Shown: piece after piece, positions 8,868 to 18,069 of the stretch
Position numbering within the stretch: the first letter of the stretch is position 1
Layout of the letters: the number at the start of each line of letters is the position of its first letter
Origin: Desulfuromonadales bacterium
GTDB taxonomy: Bacteria; Desulfobacterota; Desulfuromonadia; Desulfuromonadales; UBA2197
NCBI GenBank assembly: GCA_034370465.1
Contig: JAXMLA010000192.1
Location: 1-58,886, forward strand
DNA length: 58,886 bases
Direction: 5' to 3'
The notes under the pieces: model-generated
What the model was told of the DNA's origin: nothing
Databases searched by the model: none
Seen by the model: the letters and a program-made list of their open reading frames with translations, nothing else
Translations under genes and position numbers: made by a program

Positions 8868-10286
8868 TTATTCGGACTGCAGATCGAGGCGGTAACTGGC
8901 AAAGGTCTTCAGGCGCCAACAACCGCTAAAGGCGCCGCTACCGTAGGCAAGCTGTTCGAGAAAGTAGTAGAAGATAAAGAGCGGCAACGCCAGCCGCGGC
9001 TGACGTACCTGATGATCGACAATCGCCACCCCGCCGAGCGCCAGGAGGACCAGCAGGCCCAAGGGCGGATAAAGGCAGCTGACGACGAGGAGCGGCACCA
9101 GGTAGTAGCGCAGCAGATGGTAACCGAGATAGTAAGCGAGGCTGGCGATCGTCCGGGCGCGGGCGAGGAGGATCTTGCCGCTGGCGAGGGTCACCCCCTG
9201 GGCGCGGATACGGCGCCCGGTCAGGGCGAGATCGCCGAGGAAAAGGAGGAGGGCGGGGAGGAGGGGCCACAGGGAGCGCCCGACCAGCGCCAGGGCGAGG
9301 AGGCCGAGGATCGTTGTCAGCAGCGGCGGCAGCAGCATCTTCTTGCCGCGCACCGGATGGAGCTGCTGCAGCATCCCTTCCGAGGTGCCGTAATCGAAGC
9401 GCCGTTTCATGAAGGGCCAGAGACGGCTGCGGTGGGCATGACAGACCGAGCCATGCGGCAGGTAGACGATGCTGTGGCCGGCGTCGCGCAGCCGCCAGGT
9501 GAGATCGACATCCTCGCCGACCTGCAGTTCGGCGCGAAAACCGCCGGCTGCGACGAAAGCTGCGCGCCGCAGCAGGAGATTACAGGAGGGGAGGTAGAAG
9601 GTATCGCCGCCGGCGCTGCCGCTCATCGCCCGGCGACCGAGGTTGAGGCTCGACATCACCGCTTCGTAGCGATCGAGGGGGACGGACGAGTGCATGCCGT
9701 CGACCCAGCCGCCGATTGCTGCCACCTGCGGCGTCGCAAAGGCCGGCAGGAGTTCGCGCAGCCACGACCTTGAAGCGGTGCAGTCCGAATCGATAAAGGC
9801 GAGAATTTCACCGCTGGCAACTTGCGCGCCGCGGTTGCGGGCCGCGGCCGGGCCGCCGCCGGTCGCCCCGGAATGAACCAGCCGGGCGCCGAGGTCAACG
9901 GCGACCTGCGGGGTGGTGTCGCTGCTGCCGTCGTCGACGACGATGACCTCCAGGCGTTCGGACGGGTAATCGAGGGCGGCAAGGGACTCCAGACAAAGGC
10001 GCAGATCGACGGGGCGGTCCTTGACCGGGATGATGATGCTGACGCGGGGCAACTCGGCTTCGGCCAGCAACGGCCATTCACTGCTGACGAAGCCCCGCTT
10101 GGCGAGTCGCTCTAAAACCGTCGCTTCAGCAGCGGAGGCCGGGGTGACGCTGGCTTGTTGCAGACGGCGGGCGAGGCGGAGCAGGGGTTTGTTCAGCTGG
10201 ACCAGGCGCAGGGGCCGGGAAGCGACGAGGAGTCCGCCGTCCCCCTGCTCCGCGATGGTGATCCCTGGCGCCAGCCGGTAATTCAT
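8868..10286 (-). CDS. mftF: Mycofactocin biosynthesis glycosyltransferase (GT2)
   Basis: N-terminal GGLLVASRPLRLVQLN, VIVVDDGS, GPAAARNRG, FIDSDC, YLPSCNLL, VGEDVDL, YGTSE; last gene of the mft operon. Confidence 0.9.
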   Translation of the reverse strand: MNYRLAPGITIAEQGDGGLLVASRPLRLVQLNKPLLRLARRLQQASVTPASAAEATVLERLAKRGFVSSEWPLLAEAELPRVSIIIPVKDRPVDLRLCLESLAALDYPSERLEVIVVDDGSSDTTPQVAVDLGARLVHSGATGGGPAAARNRGAQVASGEILAFIDSDCTASRSWLRELLPAFATPQVAAIGGWVDGMHSSVPLDRYEAVMSSLNLGRRAMSGSAGGDTFYLPSCNLLLRRAAFVAAGGFRAELQVGEDVDLTWRLRDAGHSIVYLPHGSVCHAHRSRLWPFMKRRFDYGTSEGMLQQLHPVRGKKMLLPPLLTTILGLLALALVGRSLWPLLPALLLFLGDLALTGRRIRAQGVTLASGKILLARARTIASLAYYLGYHLLRYYLVPLLVVSCLYPPLGLLVLLALGGVAIVDHQVRQPRLALPLFIFYYFLEQLAYGSGAFSGCWRLKTFASYRLDLQSE

Positions 10287-11179
10287 GACGATTCGCTGCC
10301 GATCAGGCCGGCGTTGGTGAAGATCTCCAGCAGCCGTTCCACGGTCGCTTCGCACTCGAGGGTCTGGAGTTTCCCGGCGCGAGGCTTGATGCCGCCGGAG
10401 AGGAGAGCGAGGATCCGCTCAAAAGCCGGCAGGTTGGCATCCGGGGTCACGGTCCGTTGCGGGTTGGGGCGGGGAAAGGCGCAAGGCCCCTTGCCGAGCA
10501 GGGCAGCGGCGGCGCCGATTGCACTCGCCGGCAGACCGAGTTCGGGGAGCCCCCAGAGTTCGAGGGGGGCCGCCAGCGCCGCCATCAGCCCCGGTTGATC
10601 GGGATAGCGTGGGGTGCAGCTGTCGGCCTCGATGAGCAGGGCGCAGGGGAGCGCCGCGATGACCTTCTGGCGCGCGCCGCGATCACATTTGCGCAGCGCT
10701 TCGACACCGCGTTCATGATGCCTCAGCTCCACCGTGGCGCTGAGGCAGGGAATGTCGAGGCGGGCCGCGGCCAAAGCCAGGGTCGGATCGTCGCCGCGAT
10801 CGAGGAGACGGCTGCCGGTGAGGATGAGATCCGGCGCCAGGATCTCGAGGATCCGCCCGCTCAGGCGCGCCGCCGAGACCACGTCGCCGCCGGCAAAGGC
10901 CGAGTTCCAGACGCGAATCGCGCGACCGGCGCCCATGGCGAGGGCGATGCGGAGATGATTATCGAGGCGCTGCGGGCCGATGGCGACCGCTATGACTTCA
11001 CCTCGGTGCGCTTCGGCCAGGCGCAGCGCCTGCTCCAGGGCCGCGAGGTCAGCCGGGTTGGCGATGCGGCGCAGGCCGCGTTCACTGACGCTGTAGCCGT
11101 CAGCGGTGAGTTGTACCGGCGGGCGCGGGTCGCAGGTTTCACGCAGCAGAACAACTATTTTTAACGGTTTATCGTTCAT
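10283..11179 (-). CDS. Electron transfer flavoprotein beta subunit / FixA family (divergent)
   Basis: ANPADLAALEQALRL, ALAMGA, PDLILTG, PRY. Confidence 0.85.
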   Translation of the reverse strand: MNDKPLKIVVLLRETCDPRPPVQLTADGYSVSERGLRRIANPADLAALEQALRLAEAHRGEVIAVAIGPQRLDNHLRIALAMGAGRAIRVWNSAFAGGDVVSAARLSGRILEILAPDLILTGSRLLDRGDDPTLALAAARLDIPCLSATVELRHHERGVEALRKCDRGARQKVIAALPCALLIEADSCTPRYPDQPGLMAALAAPLELWGLPELGLPASAIGAAAALLGKGPCAFPRPNPQRTVTPDANLPAFERILALLSGGIKPRAGKLQTLECEATVERLLEIFTNAGLIGSESS

Positions 11180-11191
11180 TGGATGTGCTCC

Positions 11192-11488
11192 CTAGGTCAG
11201 GCGGTAGGAGACGCCAAAGCCGCCTTGGGGGTAGCGCCAGCGGGTGAAGGCGTCGCGGTGGCAGACGACGTAGCAGGTACCACACTCCAGACAGCCATCG
11301 TGGACAAAGGTCAGCTTCTGGCTCGCTGCATCCCAGCTGTAGCAGCGCGCCGGGCAGGCGACCGTGCAGGCCCGCTGCTCGCAGCCGACACAGATCGCGG
11401 TGTCGACAACGATATGCGGCTCGCGATCGATGGCGAAACTGGTGTAGTCAAAAATCTCGTCGGGATTGATCTTCATAGGGCTCTCCAT
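11192..11488 (-). CDS. fixX: FixX-like ferredoxin
   Basis: CVGC...CTVACPARCY, GCLECGTCYVVC, WRYPQGGFGVSY. Confidence 0.9.
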   Translation of the reverse strand: MESPMKINPDEIFDYTSFAIDREPHIVVDTAICVGCEQRACTVACPARCYSWDAASQKLTFVHDGCLECGTCYVVCHRDAFTRWRYPQGGFGVSYRLT

Positions 11489-12771
11489 CCGGCGTAAACA
11501 TCGGCCAGCAGATTCTTCAGGCCGATCTTCTCCTTGGCGGCGCGGAGGACCATTTTGGTCATGGTCTCCTTGGGGGTGCCGTCGATCCGGTAGATCTCGT
11601 CCATCAGACCGCAGATCAGCTCCGGGTATTTATTATAGATCCGGTCGTTATGGAGCATGTGCGGGGTGCGGCGGTACAGGTTGAGATCCTTGAGGACGTA
11701 ACTCTCCTCCAGCTTCCGCCGGTAAATGGCCAGCCCCGTCTTGCTGAAGTTCTTGTTCTGATGCGCGGCAATCACCGCCTGCGCGGCGATAACCCCGGAC
11801 TGGGTGGCGAGGTTGATCCCCTCCAGGTTGAGACCGGTGACGATGCAGAGCGCCGCGGCATCGCCGGCGACGAGGATTCCGTCGCCGACCAGCTCCGGCA
11901 CCATGCCGTACCCCCCTTCCGGAACGAGGTGGGCGGAGTATTCAAGGAGGCGGCCGCCGCGCAGCAGCTTGGCAATCTGCGGCTGCTCCATGAAGTCGTT
12001 GAGGAGGTCATAAGGGGTCTTGCTCCCGGCGCTGAGACTGGAGAGGTGCATGACCAGGCCGAGGGAGAGGGAATCGTAGTTGGTGTAGAGGAAGCCGCCG
12101 CCGCGCACCCCGGCCGTGCAGCCGACGAGCTCGTTGGAGGCCCCCTGATCGCGGACCAGCCCGAAGCGATCGTCGATGACCTCCTTCGGCATATCGATGA
12201 GGGCCTTGACCCCGACTGCCAGATGCGAGGGGTCGAACTTGGGACGGCGCAGTCCCGCCTTCTTGGCGACAAAGGAGAGGACGCCGTCGGCGGCGATCAC
12301 CACCGGCGCCCGCAGCGAAGAGCCGTCGCGCAGCAGGGTCACGCCGACGACCTTCCCTTTCTCGATGATGACATCATCGACGGTGCTGCTGCAGAGGAGC
12401 GTCGCCCCGGCCTTGACCGCTTCTTCGGCGAGCCAGCGGTCGAACTTGGGGCGGCTGATGGTGTAACCGTTGTAGGGGGTGCGGTCCGAGGCGGCGGTGT
12501 CGAAGTTGACGTTGAAACTCGCCTCGCCGGTCATGAAGGTCAGCGATTTCTTGACGATGTGCCGCTCGAGCGGTGCCTGATTCCAGAAATCGGGAAAGAC
12601 CTCTTCAAGGGCGGTGAGGCGGTGCAGGACGCCGCCGAACATATTCTTCTCACCGGGGAAGGAACCGCGCTCGAGAAGAGCGACATCGAGGCCGGCCCGG
12701 GCCATGGTCAAAGCCGCGCTGGAACCGGCCGGACCGGCTCCGACGACGATGGCATCAAATGTACTCTTCAT
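11473..12771 (-). CDS. fixC: FixC-like FAD-dependent ETF:quinone oxidoreductase
   Basis: VVGAGPAG, ERGSFPGEKNMFGG, AADGV, EYSAHLVPEGG, GDAA. Confidence 0.92.
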   Translation of the reverse strand: MKSTFDAIVVGAGPAGSSAALTMARAGLDVALLERGSFPGEKNMFGGVLHRLTALEEVFPDFWNQAPLERHIVKKSLTFMTGEASFNVNFDTAASDRTPYNGYTISRPKFDRWLAEEAVKAGATLLCSSTVDDVIIEKGKVVGVTLLRDGSSLRAPVVIAADGVLSFVAKKAGLRRPKFDPSHLAVGVKALIDMPKEVIDDRFGLVRDQGASNELVGCTAGVRGGGFLYTNYDSLSLGLVMHLSSLSAGSKTPYDLLNDFMEQPQIAKLLRGGRLLEYSAHLVPEGGYGMVPELVGDGILVAGDAAALCIVTGLNLEGINLATQSGVIAAQAVIAAHQNKNFSKTGLAIYRRKLEESYVLKDLNLYRRTPHMLHNDRIYNKYPELICGLMDEIYRIDGTPKETMTKMVLRAAKEKIGLKNLLADVYAGWRAL

Positions 12772-13796
12772 GCGCCACCTCCTTGAGCTGACTTGACCCG
12801 CGCAATCAGTAGCGGCAGCACTTCGCGCAAATCAGCGACGAACCCTTCGTCGGCATTGGGGAAGATCGGCGCCTTGGCGTCGCTGTTGACGGCAATCACC
12901 TTCTTTGCTTCCTTGATGCCGCCGAGATGATGCATCGAACCGGAGATCCCCAGGGCGACATAAAGGCGCGGCGCCACGGTCTCGCCGGTCTGTCCGACCA
13001 TCCGTTCGAAACCGCACCGCCCGAGGTCGTAGACCGGGCGGGTGACGCCGAGGGAGGCGCGCAACAGACGGGTCAACTCTTCGACCTGGGCGAAACCCTC
13101 TTCATTACAACCGAGACCGGCGCTGATGATGACCTCGGCATCGACGACGTCGACGGTCTGCGGATCGGGCGCAATCCGCTCGATGATCCAGGTCGGTCCG
13201 GCGAGGACCGGCTGGGAACTGCGCCAACGTTTCACTTCCGGCACAAAGCGCTGCATGCTCGGCAGGACGACGGTGCTGAGGATGCGGGGATGGATGGTGA
13301 GAATCAGCGGCCCCTGATTCTCCCAGGTTTTGGTCTCGACCACCTGCACGCCGAGAGCGGCGCGCGTCAGGCTCAGGGTCGCATCATCCCGCTGGTAAGC
13401 GAGGGCTTCGGTGAAGAGCGCTCCGGACAACTCCGCCGCGAGGAGCGGCGCCAGCGATGCGCCGAGATCGTTATGCGGCAAGAGGAGGAGGCGGACGCCA
13501 CTGGCCGCAGCGGCGGCGGCGAGGAGCCGCCCTTGCGCTTCCAGGGAGTCAGCAACCTCGGGGCCGGCCTCGATCAGGGTCAAAGTCGGGGTGCCGTAGG
13601 GGGCGAAATCGTTCAGAGGCGGCGCTTCCGCACCGGCAAAGGCGATGGCCGACCATTCCCCGCCGAGAACCCTGGCGAGGCGCGCGGCCTCCGAGAGGAT
13701 CCCCTTGCCGGCGTCGTCAAGTTCGCCTTGGGCCAGATCGACGAAGACCAGAACCGTCGGCGGGGCGGCGCTGCTTGGTGAAATTCGGCTGGACAT
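12768..13796 (-). CDS. Electron transfer flavoprotein alpha subunit / FixB family
   Basis: GVTRPVYD, MVGQTG, LGISGSMHHLGG, AVNSDAKAPIF. Confidence 0.9.
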   Translation of the reverse strand: MSSRISPSSAAPPTVLVFVDLAQGELDDAGKGILSEAARLARVLGGEWSAIAFAGAEAPPLNDFAPYGTPTLTLIEAGPEVADSLEAQGRLLAAAAAASGVRLLLLPHNDLGASLAPLLAAELSGALFTEALAYQRDDATLSLTRAALGVQVVETKTWENQGPLILTIHPRILSTVVLPSMQRFVPEVKRWRSSQPVLAGPTWIIERIAPDPQTVDVVDAEVIISAGLGCNEEGFAQVEELTRLLRASLGVTRPVYDLGRCGFERMVGQTGETVAPRLYVALGISGSMHHLGGIKEAKKVIAVNSDAKAPIFPNADEGFVADLREVLPLLIARVKSAQGGGA

Positions 13797-15757
13797 CAGA
13801 TCTCCCTCCCGACCTGGTGACCTTCCCAGATCGCCATGTCGACACGCCGGGGAGCGACGCAGTCGCCGATGCGGTGGAGTTCCTTGACCTTCCCCTTGAG
13901 GGCGAAGTAGAGATCGTCATCGACCGCCTGGCCCATGGCGAGGACGACGGAGTCAAAGGGGCCCCACTCATCCCACTGGTTGGAGTAGACGTTGAAGCCT
14001 TTGATGACCTTGGCGCCGATCTCGCCGCTCACCTCCATCACCGCGATATCCGGGGTGAAAGAGACCCCTTTGCCGAGGAGGCGCTGGCGGGTGAGATAAA
14101 GGTCCTGGGTCGGGCCGAGTTCGGCGCCGATAAAGAGGCTCGAACAGATGATGTGGACCTTCTTCCCCTGGTTGGCGAGGAATTCGGCGGTGGCGGTGGC
14201 GCGGTGGTGGCCGTCGTAATCGATGAGGCAGACCTTCTGTCCGGCTTCGACCTGCTGATCAAGGATCTGCCAGACGTTGCAGACCCCCGGGCCATCGGCG
14301 CCGCCGACCGGATGGGGCTTCGGCTTGCTGCCGGTGGCGACGATCACCGCATCGGGAGCGGCCGCCAGGACCATCGCCGCCGTTACTTCGACGTTGTGCT
14401 CGACCTTGACCCCGGCCTTGTCGACCTGTTCTTTTTCATTGCGGATGATCACCCCGAACTCGTCGCGCCCCGCCCCCTTCATGGCAGTGCGCACTTGGCC
14501 GCCGAGGGTGTCGTTGCGATCGAGGAGGGTGACATCGTGGCCGCGCCGGCCCGCCATCTTCGCCGCCCACATGCCGCCGGGGCCGCCGCCGATGACCATG
14601 ACCTTCTTGGCGATCGCCGCCGGTTTCAGCGTCCCTTCCCCCCACTTCTTCTCCAGACCGACCGCCGGGTTCTGCACGCAGCCGAGGGAACGGTTGATCC
14701 CCATGCGGCCGATGCACCCCTGATTGCAGGCGATGCAGTAGCGGATATCGTCGAGCCGTCCTTCCTGGGCCTTCTTCGGCAGGAAAGGATCGCAGATCAG
14801 CGCCCGGCACATGCCGATCATGTCGGCCTGGCCGGCGGCGAGGACCTTCTCGGCCATCACCGGATCGTTGATGCGGCCGGTGCAGAAGACCGGAATCTTC
14901 AGCTTCTCGCGCATGCCGGCAGCGAGGGGGATGGTGTAGCCAAGCGGGGTATGCATCGACCCTTCGACGAGGTAAAGGTTGTAGAAGGTGGCGATGGAGA
15001 GATCCATGAAGTCGATGAGACCGCTCGCTTCCAGAAGCGCGCCGATCTCCTGCACCTGGGCAAGATCGAGGCCGCCGGGGATCATCTCGTCGGCGCACAT
15101 GCGCACCCCGAGGGTGAAGTCGTTGCCGACCGCCTTGCGCACCGCGGCGATGAACATCAGCGGCGCGCGCATGCGGTTCTCCAGGGAGCCGCCGAATTCA
15201 TCCTGGCGGTAGTTGGTCAGCGGCGACAGGAACTGCCGCGCCAGGCTCGAATGGCCGAACTGGAGCTCGACGCCGTCGAAACCGCCCTGGCGGACGTGCT
15301 CGGCGCTGATCGCGAAGTAGCGGCAGACCTCCTCGATATCCTCGATCTCCATCGCCTTGGGAGTCTCACGGAAGAGGATATCGGGGACCGGGCTCGGCGC
15401 CCAGACCGGCAGGCGCGAAATGCTGCCGTCGCACTGCTGGCCGTTGTGATTGAGCTGGCAGAACATCTTGGTGTCGTATTGATGGACGAAATCGGTAATT
15501 TTCCGGAAGCCGGGGATGACCTCGGGATGGAAGGCTTCGACCAGCTTTTCATAAGCGGTGTCGGTCGGATGGACGCTCATCTCCTCGGTGGTGATCAGAC
15601 CTGCCCCCCCCTTGGCCCGCTCGCCCCAGTAATGCAGATGCCGTTCACTCGGCAGGCAATTTTCGGCAAAGTTGGTCAGATGCGGCTGGAAAGAGATGCG
15701 GTTTTTCACCGTCACTTTGCCGATTTTCTGTGGAGAGAAGAGATTGGGGAAGATCAT
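13796..15757 (-). CDS. Mycofactocin-system FadH/OYE family FMN/4Fe-4S/Rossmann oxidoreductase
   Basis: OYE barrel (RAKGGAGLI, GFDGVEL, QFLSPLTN-R-DEFGGSLENR), CIACNQGC-X11-C cluster motif, GGGPGG; directly after mftC. Confidence 0.9.
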   Translation of the reverse strand: MIFPNLFSPQKIGKVTVKNRISFQPHLTNFAENCLPSERHLHYWGERAKGGAGLITTEEMSVHPTDTAYEKLVEAFHPEVIPGFRKITDFVHQYDTKMFCQLNHNGQQCDGSISRLPVWAPSPVPDILFRETPKAMEIEDIEEVCRYFAISAEHVRQGGFDGVELQFGHSSLARQFLSPLTNYRQDEFGGSLENRMRAPLMFIAAVRKAVGNDFTLGVRMCADEMIPGGLDLAQVQEIGALLEASGLIDFMDLSIATFYNLYLVEGSMHTPLGYTIPLAAGMREKLKIPVFCTGRINDPVMAEKVLAAGQADMIGMCRALICDPFLPKKAQEGRLDDIRYCIACNQGCIGRMGINRSLGCVQNPAVGLEKKWGEGTLKPAAIAKKVMVIGGGPGGMWAAKMAGRRGHDVTLLDRNDTLGGQVRTAMKGAGRDEFGVIIRNEKEQVDKAGVKVEHNVEVTAAMVLAAAPDAVIVATGSKPKPHPVGGADGPGVCNVWQILDQQVEAGQKVCLIDYDGHHRATATAEFLANQGKKVHIICSSLFIGAELGPTQDLYLTRQRLLGKGVSFTPDIAVMEVSGEIGAKVIKGFNVYSNQWDEWGPFDSVVLAMGQAVDDDLYFALKGKVKELHRIGDCVAPRRVDMAIWEGHQVGREI

Positions 15758-15795
15758 GATCAAGGCTCCTGGAGATATATTTCGGTTTGACCGGG

Positions 15796-16833
15796 TCAGG
15801 CGGCGGCCTTGGCCGCGTCGGCGATGGAGGTGACGCAGCGTTCCAGACACTCGGGATCGCCGCCGCTGAGATCGTTCTTGAGATGCCAGGCGACCGCCGG
15901 ACAACCGCCGTGGCACTGGTCGAAGCGGGTGCACTCCTCACAGGAGTGGATGCGCAGGGAACGGAACGATTCGTAGATCTCCGAGCTGTCCCAGATCTGC
16001 TGAAAACTCTGGTCGCGCAGCGATCCGGCGAGGAAACGGTCGGTCTGCAAAAAGGCACAGGGGTACATGTTGCCGGTCGGGCCGACACAGCAGGTGAGTT
16101 TGGCCGCGCCGCAGAGATTGAGCCCCAGCCCCTGTCGCTCTTGCGAGGTCAGGGAGAAGAAGCTGTCGCCGGTCCGGACATCGCCGCTCTTGGCCAGCCA
16201 GTCGGAAAATTCGAGGAGCTGGCTCGGGGTCGGGCGCAGATCTTCCCAGTTGTCGGCGCCACGGCCCGAGGGACGGAAGCGACTGACCCGCAAGGAGACG
16301 CCGAGGGACTGGGCGAGTTCGTACATCGCCGGAATCTCGCTGGCATTATGGGTGGTCAAAACCGTATTGATGCTCGTCGGGATCGACGAGGCTGCGAGAA
16401 GCTTGACCGCCTCGGTCGCCCGGGCAAAGACTCCCGAGCCGCGCACGGCGTCACAGGTCGAGCTGGTGGCGCCGTCGAGGCTGACCTGGATCGCTACCAG
16501 GCGGGTCTGCGACAAGCGGGCCACGCGCGCCGCATCGAGGAGGGTGCCGTTGGTGGAGATACAGGTCATGATGCCGCGCTGATGGCAGGCGTCGAGGATC
16601 TGCTCGAAGTCGGGGCGCATGAAGGGTTCGCCGCCGCCGAAGTTGATCTGGAAGACTCCGGCCTGATGCACCTCCTCGACCAGAGCGAGGGCCTCGGCAG
16701 TGGTCAATTCGTCCTTTGCCGCTTCCCCGGAAGCGGAGAGACAGTGACTGCAACGCAGATTACAGAGAAGGGAGACCTCCCAGGTCAGATTGACCGGCGA
16801 GCGCAGCCCCTGTTCAACAAAGCGGTTGCTCAC
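15796..16833 (-). CDS. mftC: Mycofactocin radical SAM/SPASM maturase
   Basis: P-NLTWE, CNLRCSHCLS, QINFGGGEP, CGAAKLTC, YPCAF, C-X2-C-X5-CHGGC, DPEC. Confidence 0.95.
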   Translation of the reverse strand: MSNRFVEQGLRSPVNLTWEVSLLCNLRCSHCLSASGEAAKDELTTAEALALVEEVHQAGVFQINFGGGEPFMRPDFEQILDACHQRGIMTCISTNGTLLDAARVARLSQTRLVAIQVSLDGATSSTCDAVRGSGVFARATEAVKLLAASSIPTSINTVLTTHNASEIPAMYELAQSLGVSLRVSRFRPSGRGADNWEDLRPTPSQLLEFSDWLAKSGDVRTGDSFFSLTSQERQGLGLNLCGAAKLTCCVGPTGNMYPCAFLQTDRFLAGSLRDQSFQQIWDSSEIYESFRSLRIHSCEECTRFDQCHGGCPAVAWHLKNDLSGGDPECLERCVTSIADAAKAAA

Positions 16834-17071
16834 GGAGGAACCCCCTTTCCAGTAGTTTGGTCATGAAGTTGCGCAGTACCTCTTCCTGCCGGACGTTCAA
16901 CCCCGGCGGGAGTTCATCCCGGCTGCGGGCTACGGCAAAGAAGTCAGGGGGGAGGAGACTGCCGGTTTCGGCGAAGAGAAGGCGCGGCCCCCGGGAATCA
17001 TAAAACAGGAGGCCGAACCCCTCTTGCCGGACGCGGCAGGCGGGGTGCAGCTGGATGCCTGCCGCCGCCAT
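16814..17071 (-). CDS. mftB: Mycofactocin precursor-binding chaperone (RRE)
   Basis: LHPACRVRQEGFGLLFY...RLLF; lies between mftA and mftC. Confidence 0.9.
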   Translation of the reverse strand: MAAAGIQLHPACRVRQEGFGLLFYDSRGPRLLFAETGSLLPPDFFAVARSRDELPPGLNVRQEEVLRNFMTKLLERGFLREQPLC

Positions 17072-17072
17072 C

Positions 17073-17189
17073 TTAGTAAACTCCGCAGATGCCGTCGATG
17101 GCGAGCTCTTCGACCTGAATCTCGTTCAGAACCAATGCCTCTTCGCATACTTCGTTTGCCTGCACTTCAACCTCACATTTTGTTTCCAT
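17073..17189 (-). CDS. mftA: Mycofactocin precursor peptide, variant type, 38 aa
   Basis: METKCEVEVQANEVCEEALVLNEIQVEELAIDGICGVY; acidic leader plus IDGxCGVY terminus; RBS AAGGAG. Confidence 0.96.
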   Translation of the reverse strand: METKCEVEVQANEVCEEALVLNEIQVEELAIDGICGVY

Positions 17190-17249
17190 GGCTATCTCCT
17201 TCAAGAATTGGTAGCGCCAGCTTATGCTGCGCCCGTTATCCTTAATCTG

Positions 17250-17265
17250 TGCAACGATGATGCCA
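17250..17265 (-). promoter_or_regulatory. sigma54 promoter of the mft operon
   Basis: TGGCAT-CATCG-TTGCA, ~60 bp upstream of mftA. Confidence 0.85.
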
Positions 17266-17393
17266 GACAGAAACAACGGTTTATTGCGGAACTTCGGCAA
17301 GTTACCCTGCACAGCAAGATCAGTGAATCGTCCCATGTGGGTATTTTCTCGCCACCTTCAGACCGGTTTGCGTGCTCGGCAGGGCCTCAAGCT

Positions 17394-17426
17394 GTGGCCA
17401 TTTTCCCCAGTGGGATTTTTTTCTAC
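17394..17426. promoter_or_regulatory. Paired 16-bp putative enhancer sites
   Basis: GTGGCCATTTTCCCCA-g-TGGGATTTTTTTCTAC, ~130 bp upstream of -24. Confidence 0.65.
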
Positions 17427-17549
17427 AAAAAAATCAACCCGTGTTCTGTTGCCCCTGGGCGATTCCCGTCGATTACGGAATAAAAAGTGCAAAATATAGT
17501 TTTTTACGAAACAGACCACCGCGACAGCCTGAAACCGGAAGGAGTCTTG

Positions 17550-18041
17550 ATGAGCGAAGAGCATTCGCACTGTAGTTACTGCGGCGGGAAATTCCGCGCG
17601 GCCGCGCCTTGGCCAAGAACCTGCCCGGCCTGCCACCAAACCAGCTACCGCAACCCCTTGCCGGTGGTCGTCACCCTCTTGCCGATCGACGCCGGACTGG
17701 TGGTGATCCGGAGGAATATCGAGCCGAGCAAGGGGACCCTGACGCTGCCGGGGGGCTATCTCGATATCGGTGAAACCTGGCAAGAGGGGGCACGGCGGGA
17801 GCTGTGGGAAGAGACCGGCATCGCGATTACGGCCGGGGAGCTGACCCTCTACGATGTGCAGAACGGCCTTGATGACACCCTGGTGATCTTCGGACTGGCG
17901 ACCCCGCAACCTCGCGCCGTGCTGAAACCTTTCCGTTCGGAAGAGACTCAGGAAGTCGTCCTGATCGAAACGCCGATAACGCTCGGATTTTCCATGCATA
18001 CCCGCGTCGTCGAAAGATATTTTACCACTCTGCGGCCCTGA
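17550..18041 (+). CDS. NUDIX hydrolase with N-terminal zinc ribbon
   Basis: CSYCG...CPAC and Nudix box GYLDIGETWQEGARRELWEETGI. Confidence 0.9.
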   Translation: MSEEHSHCSYCGGKFRAAAPWPRTCPACHQTSYRNPLPVVVTLLPIDAGLVVIRRNIEPSKGTLTLPGGYLDIGETWQEGARRELWEETGIAITAGELTLYDVQNGLDDTLVIFGLATPQPRAVLKPFRSEETQEVVLIETPITLGFSMHTRVVERYFTTLRP

Positions 18042-18069
18042 TCCGGCGGATGCCAAGGCGGTTCAGCGG

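Noticed and set aside
13457-15790. 777-aa plus-strand ORF, and similar long antisense ORFs such as 6796..8373, 24650..25984 and 34781..36166
   Set aside because: High-GC shadow frames opposite well-supported genes
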